From the NCBI GenBank assembly GCA_030704615.1, contig CM060731.1, positions 2,480,001-2,544,000 on the forward strand: DNA of 64,000 bases, written 5' to 3'. Position numbers and translations under genes: made by a program. Below are positions 49,936 through 63,900 of the stretch, one piece after another (positions within the stretch are counted from its first letter, which is position 1; each line of letters starts with the position of its first letter). Source of the stretch: Takakia lepidozioides (taxonomy: Eukaryota > Plantae > Bryophyta). The notes beneath the pieces are model-generated. The model saw only the letters and a list, made by a program, of their open reading frames with translations. It searched no databases and was not told the DNA's origin.

Positions 49936-52456
49936 CATTGGATCGCTCTATCACACACTCATGTAGACCTCCTAAGTTGCATGCAGTCCTTATATACTAT
50001 GCTCGAAAGAGCCGTTTACAGCCTGCGGTCGTTAATGACCATTGCCTAACTGCCTACGCAACCTAAAAGTTTTGCCAAAAAAGTGGCCCGTGGTAGTGGC
50101 TTGTGGTCGTGTGTCATAGTGGCACACGGTTGACGGCCACTCACTACTTAGACTAGTAAAGCCTATGCTTCCTTGCTAGACCGTGGTCGTATGATATCGT
50201 GGTTTTCGGCCCACGGCTACTACACTAGCCAGTACCGCCCTACGTGGTAGTGTTGCCCGTCTTCTCCTGCTGCTAAGTGTCGAGCACTTAGCTGTTCCTG
50301 CCTCGTGGCCGGGTAGTGTGAAGTTGATCACTACCCACCGATGTCATGTCATGGCTTAAATTGCCATGCCCTCGTGGCACTAGCACTTAGCCATTATCAT
50401 TTATATCCCCCCCCCCCCCCTCCTTTGAAATTGTGTCCACACAATTTCGTCAGTGCCTGTGTTTGCTCTGTCTCTTTGGGGGGATGTAGGGTGGTGGCAT
50501 GCCCATCTACTGGTTGAGTAGTGCGTCCCATGTTGGTGAAGGTCTTGGTGGCAGCTTCTTGTTCCTGTTGTCGTCATTGTCTGGCACCTCCTTTGGTTCC
50601 TGTATGGGCCAACTCTCCTCATCTGGATGCTCTGAGTGTCCATCCTTGCGTATAGTGTCGATCTTGGTGGTCAGGGTCTCACGGTACGTGAGCAGCTCCT
50701 CCTTTGTCCAAGGCACAATGTCTTTGGTTGCCCTGCTACCTGTCAACCAATTAACCGCTTCGTGACCTGTGTCTGTCAGGGGATGGTCTCCGTCCAGCTG
50801 CAAAGGTTGAAAGTGATCCTTTGCCAAACACCATGATTCAGCATACAGAGGTCGGTCTATATATGTTGAGGTGCCCGAAACTCACCCTGGTGGTTGAAAT
50901 TTGGGCAAGTCCCAGTGCGTATCCTGCTGAATGCTCTGGTAGCGCTGCCAGCTTGCTCGCAGTATGGTGAACATCCTGTAAAGATAGCTGCCAATATAGA
51001 AGCTTGAGCAGCCCATTGCCACATCAACTGCTGGGGTGGGATTAATCTTCAACTGGCCCACTGCCCACATATAGGCCACCAACTCCTTGTACTAGTCCAG
51101 AGGAGCTTGGCGCCAGAATTCTACCAATTCTGCCCCTGTCCATGCGTCATCCTTGCCAAGTGGCCGCATTCTGTACCTCAAGGGTATGAGCGTCTGATTG
51201 AGCATATGCAGCTGGCCTAGTGACTTGCAGGGGGTTAAGGCCTTGAATACATTTTCCAACACTTCGGGGATCTGCTGGGCCTGAATGCTCATCAGTCTGA
51301 AGTATTCCTCTGAATACTTGAGCCATTCCCCATCTCGTTTGCATGACTGTGCCATTACCAAGCATTCTTGTGGCATCAGTTTCAGTTTTAGTGGATGATT
51401 TTCAGATCAGAAATTGGTGACAGACATTCATGAGGAATTCTTGCCACCAATTCTAGAACAAGAAGAGCTCATGGACCAAGATGAACAGGAAGAACAAGAC
51501 CATGAACAAGAACAGGAAGCACCAATACAATCAACAACAACAACACCAGCACAGACGCCACAACCACCACAGCTTGAAGGGGCACCAGTATAGGCCACAG
51601 CAAGGCCATCCACCCAAGAGGTAACATTTTTGATTCGCTGCAACATTTTCTTGTGAACCCAGAAAGATGCTCAAAAAACACCATTGTGCTCGACGAATCT
51701 CCACGTGGTTGTACTGGCAAAGCATAGCGGTCTTCTGATCCTCCAGGGCAGCAATTATATCCTCATGGTTACATAGAGTTCGTGTTGCCTCAAGCTCCCG
51801 CTTGTGCTTGTCTTGAAGATGTTCCAGAACTGTGTTAAGTTGTTCTGGGGAGATGTAGTCATTGATTCTGCCCAACAACATGAAGTAACCTGGTTCAATG
51901 CCATGAGAGTCTGTGGGATGGCATTGATGGGATTGTCTGACAATCTTGTCTCCCACATACTCGTGTCCGGAAGTTGTTGTGACAAGAGTAACTCCAAATT
52001 CGGGTCTTGCTGGGTGTTATGCTGTTGGGTGGCTGGTGCTTCTGCCTCCCTTGTTTGCTGCTCAACCTGTGTAGACATTTCGTGCCAAACCTCCATGTTG
52101 TTGTTAGCAAGTGTGGTCTCCATCAAAGTTGTCTCTTTTGGCTGTTGTTCGTTTCCTTCTCCCTGCAGTGTAGTCTCCTCTGGTTGTTGCTAGTCCTCTC
52201 CTTCTCTCTGCAGTGTAGAATCTGCTGTGGAAGTGAGCATGACTTCCGCCATTGCACTCGTTGTGCCTTCGTCTATACGGGCCATATTTGCAAGTTCGTC
52301 CTCTTCCTCAAATGCATGTTCTTCCTCTTCTTGCCCTGCGGCTCCCATCCTCATCCACTGTTACTGGTCGTTGCATGATTCCCAGAGTTGCTCTGCACGT
52401 GTCAAATGAACCGTATGTCAGATCATTTGCAGTAGTAGGGGGGTCGCCATAGTAAA
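49936..52456 (-). mobile_element. 3' part of another LTR element (D): degenerate accessory ORF, PPT and 3' LTR, into which B inserted
   Basis: Purine tract AAAGGAG14 on the minus strand at ~50407-50426 shortly before TGATAATGG (50399); ORF pieces 51376-51092, 51082-50882 and 50827-50507 share one frame. Confidence 0.55.
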
Positions 52457-55400
52457 TGTCGCGGCCCTTTGCCTTGAGGGCGGGGGGTCGGGACACAAGA
52501 GGGGCTGCCCCTGTGGTGGGGGCAGTGGCAACAATAGGTACGGGGGCTGAAGCACCCTTGAGTGCCTAAGGCACTCAAGGAGGCGGAGGCACTCACTAGG
52601 TGGAGCCCCGCACACCGGGTTGCGGTGGGGGGTGGTCCACGAGGAGTGGTGGTAGCTTAGTGGGTCTTAGTGGGGGTGGCATAGGACTCACCATGGGGCA
52701 AAGACCTTGTGGTGGGAGTCGTGGGGAGTCTTGGGACTCATCACGGTCCAATGGGGCCGTGGTGGGTGGGCCAAGACTCACCGAGACTCATCATCGAGAA
52801 TCAAGGGTTTTCGTGGTGGTTCGCCATAAAATGACTATGTTGTTTGTGAAACCCCCGCGGACAGTCACAGAAGTATATATAGGGAGTAGTAACCCCGAGA
52901 ACGGTGCAAGCCCTTGGTGACCAAAAACTAGTGAGTAAGCGTGCGAGCCGGAAAGCAACCAACGTGTGGGGAGCTGTTCCCGACTACCAACAACCAGAAG
53001 GAATTTCCACTAGGCCCAAATTGAGAGAGGGTCTTGTGGAGGAGCAAAGGGGGACCGTTATGTCCCGGTGAGCAGCCGAAGCTCCGAGTTGGCCGGCGGC
53101 CAGTTTGGGAGTTAGGCGCGCGCATCAAAGCGAGTAACTATGACTTGAAGAGGAGCCTACCAAAGTGAGGTGCGCGACACTTGGTATCACAGCCTAGGGT
53201 TGAGTACGCGATCATCCTTGAGATCGGCCTCATCATGGGGTCGGGCAAGACAAAGCAAAAGCGGAACGGCCCGAAAGATGATGATCCCGGTGAGCCCGGT
53301 GGGGGCGACGTGTCACCAAAGCGGCAATTGGAAGAGGCGATTTATGCTTCTGAAAGCGAGGCTGCTCAAGAACGGGAAGAATCTGGGGAGTCAGAGCCCG
53401 AGGACTTCCCGAAGGCTCCGCCAGACCAACAGATGCCTCCCATGCCAGCAGCCTTTTGGGAAGGGTTGTTGGGGCAGTTTGGCGGGACGTTGAAAGACGT
53501 GTTGAAGGCGGCTAATGTCACTTCCACTAAGGCATAGTTTAAGGTAAAGCCTAAAGAACCTGGCACCTTCGAGGGCGTCCAAAATCGGAAGGCACTCAAC
53601 ACCTGGCTCTTGGAGCTAGAGCAGTACTTCCGGGCGGCCAAGTTGAGTGATGAGGATCGGGTGGAAGTGGCTCCCACCTATTTGAGGGGCTATGCTCAAC
53701 AATGGTGACAGAAATGCCTTCATGACCCAGGTCCAAACCCAAAAACCTTGAGCTGGAGTGGGTTCAATGAACTTATGAAAAGACAGTTTGTGCCCCTCAA
53801 TGCGTCCTGGCTCGCCCGGGACAAGATGGGAAATTTGAAGCAAACGGATGACATTCGGGGATATGTTCAGGCTTTCAATGTGTTGTTACTCAAAATCGCG
53901 GATATGGCAGAACCAGAAATGGTCTTCAACTTTGTGGCAGGACTAGCCCCATGGGCCAGGCGGAAGTTGGAGGAGAAGCCACCTAAGACTTTGAACGAGG
54001 CAATTGAAAGGGCTGAATGATTCTCGGATGTCCCTAGGGGCGAAAGACAAGGCCGTACGGAGCTGAACCACAAGAAGACCCGGCGGGAGGGTGACTCCTT
54101 CCGACCGGAAAAGAAGTGGGATAGGCACGCGGCGACAATGGCACATGGAAATCAAAGGGAGGGCCTTCACACGTCAAGGCGGCACCCGGTGCTCTGAAAG
54201 GAAAATCAGGTGCGGCGGCTTATGGCGGACAGAAGGCGACCTTCGATGGAGTGTGCTTTAATTGCGGGGAGCCCGGGCACATGGCCAAGAAGTACGCGAA
54301 ACCCCGACAATTGAACATGACTCGGGCGACCACGGAGGTGTCCCAAGATTCCATGAGCCGCTTGGTGGAAGCAGTGGTTGCCAAGACGTGCAAGGTAGGC
54401 AACTACTCTTGTGAGTTGTATTAGGAGACTAGCGCCCTGCGTAAAGGGAGTCAGTTAATGTTCGTGAGTGGGATAATTTCCGGAACTAATGTGTCGTTGT
54501 TGGTGGACACAGGAGCGTCGCACTCCTTCATGACACCGACAGCGGCACGGAAGCTGGGACTCTCGACAAGTGATATGGGGGCCTCTATTGAAGTGCGTTC
54601 TGCCAAAGGAGAACCACAACTGGCAACGAGGTTGGCGTTCGATGTTCCTCTTCAGCTCGGGAGTTGGGAGGGACGTGAGAACTTCACCATTTGCGAGATC
54701 GATGGAGTGGATCTCATTTTGGGGATGACCTTTTTGAGCAAATCCGGAGCGGTCATAGATGGCCGCAAAAGAATAGTCACACTACCGTATGGGAATGGTG
54801 GCAAAGTATTACGGGTGTCGGAAATGCCCAACCAAGTGGGAGGGCGAATAAACCTGCTGTCAGCAAAGGAGTGGGCCGTGGAAGAGCCACACGAGCCCCA
54901 GTTTTTGCTTTACGTAAGACAAGTGGAAGGAGAAGGCGATAGGGAGCCGAGCCCAGATTGGATCAAGGGGATCTTGGAGAAATACCAGGATGTGATGCCG
55001 GAGGATTTACCAAGCGGCTTGCCACCGCGAAGAGGACTTGACCACAAGATTGAGGTGATATCGGGATCGGAGCCGCCTGCCAAGGCGCCCTACCGGTTGA
55101 GCCACAGAGAGTTGGTTGAGCTGAAGGCTCAGCTTAAGGATCTAATGTCAAAGGGGTACATCCGGCCAAGTAAGTCACCCTACGGAGCCCCGGTGTTATT
55201 CGCAGACAAGAAGGATGGGACGCTGCAGATGTGTGTCAATTACAGGGCTCTGAATAAGGTGACTATCAAAAACTGGTACCCTTTGCCAAGGATTGACGAC
55301 CTCTTCGATCGGTTGGTGGGAGCGAAATATTTCAGCCGGATCGATTTGCGCTCCGGCTACCATCAAATCCGAGTGGCAAAAAGAGATGAGGAGAAGACCG

Positions 55401-56421
55401 CGTGCAGGACAAGATATGGTTCATATGAGTTCTTGGTGATGCCTTTTGGGCTCACCAATGCACCCGCGACCTTTAGCACGCTAATGAACAGTTTTTTCTA
55501 GGAGTGGTTGGATGACTTTGTGATCGTGTACATTGATGACATCTTGGTGTACTCGAAAACAAAGGAAGAGCACCTGAAGTGCCTCAAAAGGGTGTTCCAG
55601 AAACTACGGGAAGGGAAGCTATATGCCAAGGCTTCAAAATGCAAATTCGGGGTCACAAAAGTGGAGTTCCTGGGGCATGTGATTACACAGGATGGGATCA
55701 AAATGGATGACACAAAAGTGAGGGCGATCTTGGACCGGGAGCCTCCGACTTCGGTCCCGGGAGTGCGATCATTCCTAGGACTCGCCTCCTATTACCGAAA
55801 GTATGTGAGAAATTTCGCCAAGATCGCGGGGCCGCTGTCAGACTTTCTGTGTAAGTCCAAGGTATGGGTATGGAACACCTTTTGTGGCCAAGCTTTTGCC
55901 GAGTTGAAGCAGCGGATGGTGGAAGCTCCAGTCCTAAAAATCCCGGAGTTCAACCGTCCATTTGAGATTTATACAGATGCATCGGACTTCGCAATTGGGG
56001 GTGTACTCATGTAGGACGGACGTCCAGTGGCTTACAAAAGTAAGAAACTGAATGAAGTGGAGCGACGGTGGCCTACGCATGATAAAGAAATGAAGGCGGT
56101 GGTGCATTGCCTTGAGCTTTGGCGCCACTATGTGGGTTCCGACCCGGAAGGTGTTCACGGACAATGTCACAGTGAAGTATTTTGCCACACAGCCTAAGTT
56201 GTCCCCAAAACAACTTAGGTGGCAAGACACTTTGGCAATGTTCGACGTGGATATCAAGTACAAACCAGGATGGGACAATGTGGTGGCCGATGCTTTAAGT
56301 AGAAAGCAGCAGCTCTTGTTGGTGTACAAGGGCGAGACGGCGCTCCAAATGAAGATCCGGAAGGCTTACCGGAAGGATGAGATAACGAAGTCCGTGATGC
56401 GGGACTTGAGGATAGGGGTTA
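52457..56421 (+). mobile_element. Ty3/Gypsy chromovirus-type element E, 3'-truncated
   Basis: 5' LTR 52457-53179 (TGTCGCG...CGCGACA); PBS TGGTATCACAGC at 53182-53193; gag, PR, RT and RH follow; the element ends before integrase. Confidence 0.92.
53235..56421 (+). pseudogene. gag-pol of element E
   Basis: Gag LKQTDDIRGYVQAF; CFNCGEPGH; [10 protein letters not shown]; [29 protein letters not shown]; RH YTDASDFAIGGVL; premature TAG/TGA stops. Confidence 0.95.
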
Positions 56422-56964
56422 TGTCGTGCACCTAAGCATCGTGCCACAACATACATCGTTGTCCACCATACATTCCAAGCACACAATCCTAGAAAGCTAT
56501 GCCACAATGATAATGAAAGGGAACACACAATGGAAACACTCCACTCATGAATCCACTTAATCACATAAACTAAGTCAAGCCAAGGGCACCTTTGCTAAAG
56601 AAATCCACCCTACAAAGCCTTCACCACACTCCCTCTCAATACCTAGAGCTATGGAGGTGGGAGAGGCTCATGGAGGCTCAACTACAAGAAGATGAGCCCT
56701 CCTCAACACTCACAAGGGGAAAACCCATCCCCATGTCCCAAGTGAGGTTTGACACCTCACTTGGCATGTGAGACCAAATGAAGTTCCAACACACAAAATA
56801 CAAATATAAATATCCAAAATGTCCTAGTTAACTAGAAGTAGGTAATTCTAGTTAACCGTGACTAAAACCATGACAGCTGTCGTGCACCTAAGCATCGTGC
56901 CACAACATATATCGCTGTCCACCATACATTCTAAGCACACAATCCTAGAAAGCTATGCCACAAT
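56422..56964. repeat. Complete 454-bp LTR (56422-56875) followed after 2 bp by a partial second copy (56878-~56964)
   Basis: TGTCGTG...CATGACA termini; GC spacer; TGTCGTGCACCTAAGCATCG repeats. Confidence 0.8.
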
Positions 56965-57607
56965 CGCCCCCCTAGCTGGTGATTAGGTCCCTCTAACACC
57001 GGATAGCTGATAAGTATCCATCTCAATAAAATCATCGCTTGGTCTTCAATTGCACATGTCCCAGTATCTAAAGTCAATTGTCAAGTTAAATAAGCACAGT
57101 GTGAAAACAACTAGAATAAAGCTAGTTATTTGTATTTAACACTTGGATTTAGGTCAAGTGTTAAATCAGGTGTCAAGTTTAGTTTGACACCTGAACCGTC
57201 TTATCTTCACGAGAGCGGCAGTCGCGCAGCTCATCTCTCTCGAGTTGAGCCTGCGCGACCGAGCTCCTTCATGCGTTTAGATCTGAGTGTGCTTATGATG
57301 GGAGTGTAGGTTGTTGTGGGGTGGAGTCCCCATAGCGTGGGGTGCCCCTGGCTCGACTTCTATTTTAAAGAGTGATAGCGATGGATTTCATATTTCTTGT
57401 GTTGAGAGTGTGTGTCCTTTTTAGCTTGTTTATCACTCGAGAGAGATGAGCGTTATCTAGTGTGCTGGTGCTAAGCTAGATACAATGTTTGTTTTAGCAT
57501 TATTATAATATATATCTTGGGGCGGGAGTCCATCTGGCCCTGCTGTTTCCATGGGCTGTGCGCGCAGATTTAGTTGTCGTCTCTACTCGTGAGTTTGAAA
57601 ACCAAGA

Positions 57608-57871
57608 GGTGTGGAGGTTGAAGACTTTGATAGTTGGCTTCCCTACTCTCTTTCACTAGGACGGAGGGAGACGAGACTCGTGTAAACTTTTGGATTTGGA
57701 CCCAAAACAGTCGGGAGTGGCTGGATCACGAAGTGCAAACAGTTTGGGGTGGCGTCATCCCTGGTTGTGGTGGCTTCCTCTGGTGGAGGTGCTGCTGCTG
57801 CACCTGCCGGAGAAAAGGAGGAAGCGAAGGAGGAGTCTGATGATGACATGGGTTTCAGTCTTTTCGACTAA
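57608..57871 (+). pseudogene. RPLP2: 60S acidic ribosomal protein P2 (P-stalk) pseudogene fragment
   Basis: In-frame ...SGGGAAAAPAGEKEEAKEESDDDMGFSLFD* (stop at 57869-57871), the conserved P-protein C-terminus; upstream frameshifted GVEVEDFD-LASLLS. Confidence 0.85.
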
Positions 57872-59823
57872 GCTCGGGATGTAGTGTTTGCAGCGCATCC
57901 GATGGTCTTTCGCAGTCGACAGTAGGTCGAGCCACAGCCGAATGGAAATGAGGTTGCTAGTAAACCCAATTGGAGAAGGTACAGTTGATGTTATCTCAAC
58001 TGCAGGTGGCTGCTGAGCATTACTTAACAGCCGTTTTATACCTGCGCTGGTGCTGGTAGAGGCTAGGAAGAAGGAGTGAGCTGGAAGATTCCCGCCCTTC
58101 TTCAAGCATGCTAGGCTCAGGGTGGAAGGTTCAACCTACGGTGGGCTGCTGGAGAGCTAGGAGGTCTGCCACCTATCAACCTCTGCTCTAGCCTCTCCTC
58201 TGCTCTGCTCTGCCTATTCTTTGTGAGTTGGATTGTTCCACCGAAGGTAAAGCGCTGGCTGGGATTTGGTGACCAGCGATATTCCGCCAGCATGAGTGGG
58301 ACTGGCTTCCTTTCCATGAAATATTAGGTCTCTCCCGGCTTGGGTTAGTTCCGATTTGCAGGGCAGCAAGTCTGCATTGTTTGCTGTCTCTCGCAATGGC
58401 CATTTGTTGCAGGGTTGGAAGTTCAAGGTCAGGCCCTCAGGTTCCCTTTTCGGGCCAATCTTTGCTGACATTCCGGAAAATCCATACTATGCTATTAGGG
58501 TTTTCTGCTTAGCAACAGGCCAGGTGAACCCTTCTCTCGTGAACGGCCTACACACCAACCCCTTCCTGCATTGGTTCCTTCAGGCACCAGTTACCTTCGC
58601 CAATTTGATTCCGGGGAGTGGGTGTGGAAAGACAAGAAACACAGCCCGTTTTTCAAGTACACTGTCAAATTGGACTATAGCCAGCCACTATGAAGGAGTA
58701 GTTGTGGGCTGGTTGATGTGAGGTTGTCTAGCTGCACATTGCGAGGAAGCAAGCTTTCTTATCTTAGCAAATGGATGGACAGGGTCAGGCTAGATTTTCT
58801 AGCAAGTGCGTAAGCTGCTGTCCAGCAAGGAAAAGCTGATCAGCAGTAGAAGCATGAGATGTGGCGTGTGTGACTTGAGATAGATGTACACAGGGAAGGA
58901 CCAGCCGCGTAGCCTGCTTTGCGATCAGGTCTTGCATCAGGTCTAGGCGACAGTGGCGGCATTAATGTTTGTGAGACGGGGTGATCTCATATATTAACAT
59001 TGCAGCCTAGTGAAGGAAGACCAGGTGAGGCTCTACATACATGACCAGCGGTGCTTTGATCCGGAGTTGCAGTTAGAAATTGTGAGACAAAAAGGAAAAA
59101 AACATTGTAGTACATTTGGCATTTCGGCCACCAGCAGGTGCAGGTCCAATTATATCACTTGGTCCTTGAAGTGGTACACCAGGCCGAGCTTCTCCCTTTT
59201 GATTTTGCGTTCAGTTGGAAGCCCTCTATCAGTTCTCAAGATGGGGCAGCTTCATCCCATCGCCTTGGTTCTGTGCATGTCCCTGGTCATGGGGATGTAA
59301 TAACCACCCTAAGCCAGTTTAGAGTGGTGTTTGAGGTCCTGGAGAGCTTGAGCGTTTACAGCACCAGCGTATACTGTAACCCTCTCTGCTATGGCGATCT
59401 TCAGGCTACTCTTGGGGTATATGCCAATGGTCGATGAAGGTATTAGCACCACCTTGGAAATCACAAATTGAACGTGATGGTCTTATTGTTGTGGTTGATA
59501 TGTATTTGCCCAGTACATGAATGGTTGCGGAAAGCCATCCTGGTTGTGGTCACTCTGACAAAGCAGTAGACATGGGCTCTCATACAACAACGATAAGATG
59601 GCATTGATAGCAGCAGCTTCAACAAGGTGTTCTCGTTCTGAAAATCTGGCATACCAATGAGGACATTACCTTTATCATGGTAATTCCACTGTGGAGAGAT
59701 TGAGTTAAGAATCTAAGGAATTCTTAGGGAACCAGGGAACAGGGAACCAAGACAAGTATTGAAGAAAAAAAATAAAAATAAAAATAAAATTTCCTTGTAT
59801 TTGTTTTGTCTTGTTAAAAATTT

Positions 59824-59827
<4 letters not shown>

Positions 59828-59861
<34 letters not shown>
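59828..59861 (+). repeat. Poly(A) run of about 34 nt
   Basis: Direct observation; AATAAA repeats ~45 bp upstream. Confidence 0.9.
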
Positions 59862-59862
<1 letters not shown>

Positions 59863-60954
59863 ATGTGTTATGTTTAAAGAGCCTGGTTGGTCATATCTTT
59901 GTCAAATGAGCTCCGTTTGACCCAGTTTTTGAGGGGATAGCTGCAGAAAGGGGATATCTACCTATCTAGACCTGGATTTTGTTTTTGGGACTCTGCTAAA
60001 AATCTATGGAATTTTTAGAGAGTGAGTGTGCCATGAAAGATCCACAATCCTGTTTCTAGAACCTGTTCTGGTCTACATGAGAGATAAATCTGGGGATGTA
60101 CTCCTTGTATAGCTGGGGGGGATGAGGACGTAATTGAAGGGCAGGTCTCTTCTCTTAGCCTGTGCACACAAGGGGACAGGATTTATGTTTCCCAAGGAAC
60201 TCAGACTGATTTGAGTGGAGAACAGTTGGACGAGTTGATTGCATACTGGGAGTCAGGCATTAGCAGTAGACAACAGACTGCTGTAGTTGGCGTTGAGGGC
60301 CTCAATATCGCTTTGGACAGTCAGAACTCTGTTGGAGCCAGCAGTTCTGCAGCTGTAAGTGAAATACCAAAGTGGGTGAAAGCTAGGCTTGGAACACAAC
60401 CAAAGACAGCCCCGGGGACCAAGGTGTTCAGCCACAAGGCTGTGGTGTACTGGAGCAGAGGAGCAGGAGCTACACAAGTTTGTGCAATCAGACAGTGTTG
60501 CAGCCGGACACGCTCTGCACAAGGCAACCACGAGCGGGGTTCATTAGCGAGGACAAGTTTGTTCTGTTTGAAGGAGATGCAGTCATTCGCAATGAGGACA
60601 CCCGCAACCGTCTCAAAGCTTTCGATTTGAGAGACTATCAGACCCTACCTTTGTTTTCTTTAGTGTTCAGTGAGCGGGAGATAGCAGAGTGTTGCTTTGT
60701 CTCTACTTGGCAGAAAGAGGAAGAGGGTTGGTTAGAGCGAGCTACTGTAGCTTGGGACAAGGTTAGTGGCAGGTTTCTGGACATAGATATACCTCCTACA
60801 CCTTACCATCATGCAGAGCAAGGCACTTTGAGAGAAGTCTGGAAGTTGATAGCATAGATCAGGATTAGATCTTGCTTGGGTGGGCTTCTATTCTTCCCCT
60901 CCATCTCTGTACTATTTTCATTACCTTGTACTCGTAGTTGCCAAAGCCTCTCTT

Positions 60955-63900
60955 GGTGGAGGCCAGTCAGTCCGAGGTTTTGGGCTGGGATATTCTGCAG
61001 GATCAGCATTGCAGCTGGATTTTAGTGTGGGGGTGTTGATGTTTTGATTTCTTGTGTTTGGATCCCCCCCAACACCTGCATGCTTGACTGTGCGCCATGT
61101 TGGTTTTGTGTGGGCGCTTGCTTTCATAGGGATTAGGCCGGATTTGATCACCGGTCAATCCTAGAGTATGTTGTCGGTGGTGAGGCTGGAGTGATGACCA
61201 GCAAGACCACCAGTGTTTCTTCTATGGTGAGGCTGGGTTGATGACCAGCCAACCATAGGAGTTCTTGCGGTGGATGCAGGTGCAGGTGCCCTGAGCCATT
61301 GGGATATGACCCTTAGACTGCAACAGGTGCGCACCCGTGTCACTATTAGATTAGTACTAGAGCCTTATAGTATCACGTGGAGGAGGTGCACATTGCGAGT
61401 GTCATTACGGAGTTACCCAAGGGTTTTGAGGGGAGTACGGCTACAGGCAGTAACAGTGAGAGTGGGTTCACAAGACGAGGTATTCGGTTCAGACCACCTT
61501 CACCGCCACCCTCAACTACTGTAGAGTCAGACACAGACTCGGAGGCTTCATCAACAGGTGTGCAGTTTCATTCGCCATTGTTGTGGGACGACATGGAGAA
61601 GATTTATGGAGCTACCAAGGGGCCTCGTAGGTACTCTGGAGCTGTGGGCACAATCGAGTTGGATGACTTTATCCAGGAGTTCGACAGCTGGTGTGATTTG
61701 CAGTAGATGCGCAATCCACAGCTATTCACCCCATTCATGGCGTGGAAGGGACTGTTCCAGCATTTGGAAGGCCCGCCTATGGACGATTACCACGAGTTCA
61801 GGCGAGGACATGAAGCAGAGATTGAGGAGTGGAGGATGTATTGGTCACCTGACTACGTCTCCAGTACTCGAGGCACGACGCGACCAGTAGCTGCATCAGT
61901 ACCAATATCTCCCACTGCCAGCACTAGTAGTGGAGCAAGTAGTGCCGGTACTTCTGCAGGTGGTACCAGTTCAAAAGGTGCTACTACTCCTCCTGCCACG
62001 ACTACAACATATGTGCCTAGATTCAACCCGGTGGTGGAGTTCTTCTAGGAGTTGCGGAGGAACTACCAAGGTGTACAGACAAAGAAGCTGCAAAGTTTGC
62101 AAGACTTCCAGCGCAAACCCAGTGAGAGCTTGCGAGATGCCTACACTCGTATGAGGCGCTTGATAAGTGTGACCCAAGGGGTTACTGAAGCTCAGGCAAT
62201 CCAGTTCTGGTATGGAATTTTGGACAAGGAGCTCAGGAGAAGGGTGCGGGATGCAACCCTGTTACAAGCAGCCCAACCCACATTAGCATATGTGTTTCTG
62301 CTGGCTGAGCGGATTGAGCTCAACATGGTGGAGGAGCGAGTTGTTACCATTGGGTTTGGCAAGGACATGCCTGCACGAAGCGCAGCTGCCAGCCCACAGG
62401 CACAAGGGACTGCCCAACAGCGTGGTCAGGGGGGCAAGGTTTCCCAACCCAAGTTCCATGGAGCTTACAGGGGACCTCAGGTGCAGAGGCCCGTGGCATT
62501 TTGCAGGCCAACAGCAACCAGGGGTGATATGTTGGACATGTGGAGGACCCCATGTCAAGAGACATTGCCCAGAGAGTGGCAAAAGGCCGGCACAAACACA
62601 ACCTGCACAGTTGCAGTGTGGGCATTGTGGCAAGTATGGGCATGGAGATGCCCAGTGTTATGACTTGTATCCTGAGTTGCGCCCAGGCCAGTTCCAAGGG
62701 AATAATGGTGGCCGGGGGCGAGGTGGACCAGCCCAGAGAGGACGAGGTGGTCGGGCACGAGGTGCAGGCCAAGGGCAAGCTCAACATGGCCAAGGACGCG
62801 GAGGTCAGGGTATTGACCAAGGCATGGCCAACCGGCTTCAGCAGCTAGAGCAGAGGCTCGCTGCCATGGCTACAGCTCAGGTGGTACCGGCTCCCAGGCG
62901 GGATGGTCCACCTCCTGTTCCTGAGGGAGGAGATATGGAAGGCATGGGATTCATGTGCGGAGCAGCACTACCACTAGAGCAGGTGGAGTCTGCTGCAGCC
63001 GTGACTCGAGGAGCAGCACGAGTTCCTGAGCCACGAGGTGCAGAGGTGGAATTGGATCCACGGCGTGGGGAGGCAAGCCGTCAGGCGAGGCTTCCTCAGT
63101 CATTCACATTGGCGGAGACTGTGTCGACGCCATCCATGGCACCTAGTTCTCACCCGACTGTTACCGAGGCGGAGGTTACTATGCCATTGGGGAGAGCTAC
63201 ATGTGCAGCACTGACACCTGCTACCAAGGCTAGTGCAGCCGGTGTGTTATTGGGGGCAACCACCTCTGTGTGTCAAGCCCCACTGTTCTCGGCAACCATG
63301 ATTGCGACGCCGGGGGTAAGGCCAGCTGCAGTGTTCAGACTAGCAGCAACACTCTGTGAGATTGGGGAGGTCACTTCATCTTCTGCGGAGTTAGTGGAAG
63401 GTGTAGTGGCAGAGGGATCCTCGGATTTGAGGGTCAAGACTGCCACGACTGCGCCCTGGCGAGCTGCAGCTGCCAGGTTGACGGAACTGCCAGCTAGGCC
63501 AGCCTTTGAGCGCGCCATGGTGACACCTGGAGTTGTCTTGTTAGACAACCAGGATGGCATTTTCTCTTTGAGTGGACCGGCAGGCAAGAAGTACCGGCCA
63601 CTGCGGGTCTTGTTGGACTCGGGAGCTCAGCCACTGATGTTGGGCAGGGCATTGCAGGTTTGGGCCTCATGGAGGCGGATATGGAGCCTTGTCCTTTCCA
63701 GATACAAACATCTTTGGGAGGATCAGAGCAGGCTCGGGGCATGACACGGCATCAGTTGGCCATTAGACTGCAGCCGGATCACCCTACAGATGGCTCAGTG
63801 ATGCAAGCCAAGGCCATTGTGACAGACGCGGTCTCTTACGATGTCCTCGTTGGTGGGGCAGTGTTATACCCCATGGGCTTCACCCTGGACTTTTGGGAGG

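Noticed and set aside
57900-59700. LINE or endogenous viral remnant
   Set aside because: Looks like decayed coding DNA, but no diagnostic motif was found by eye; needs a tblastx/HMM search.
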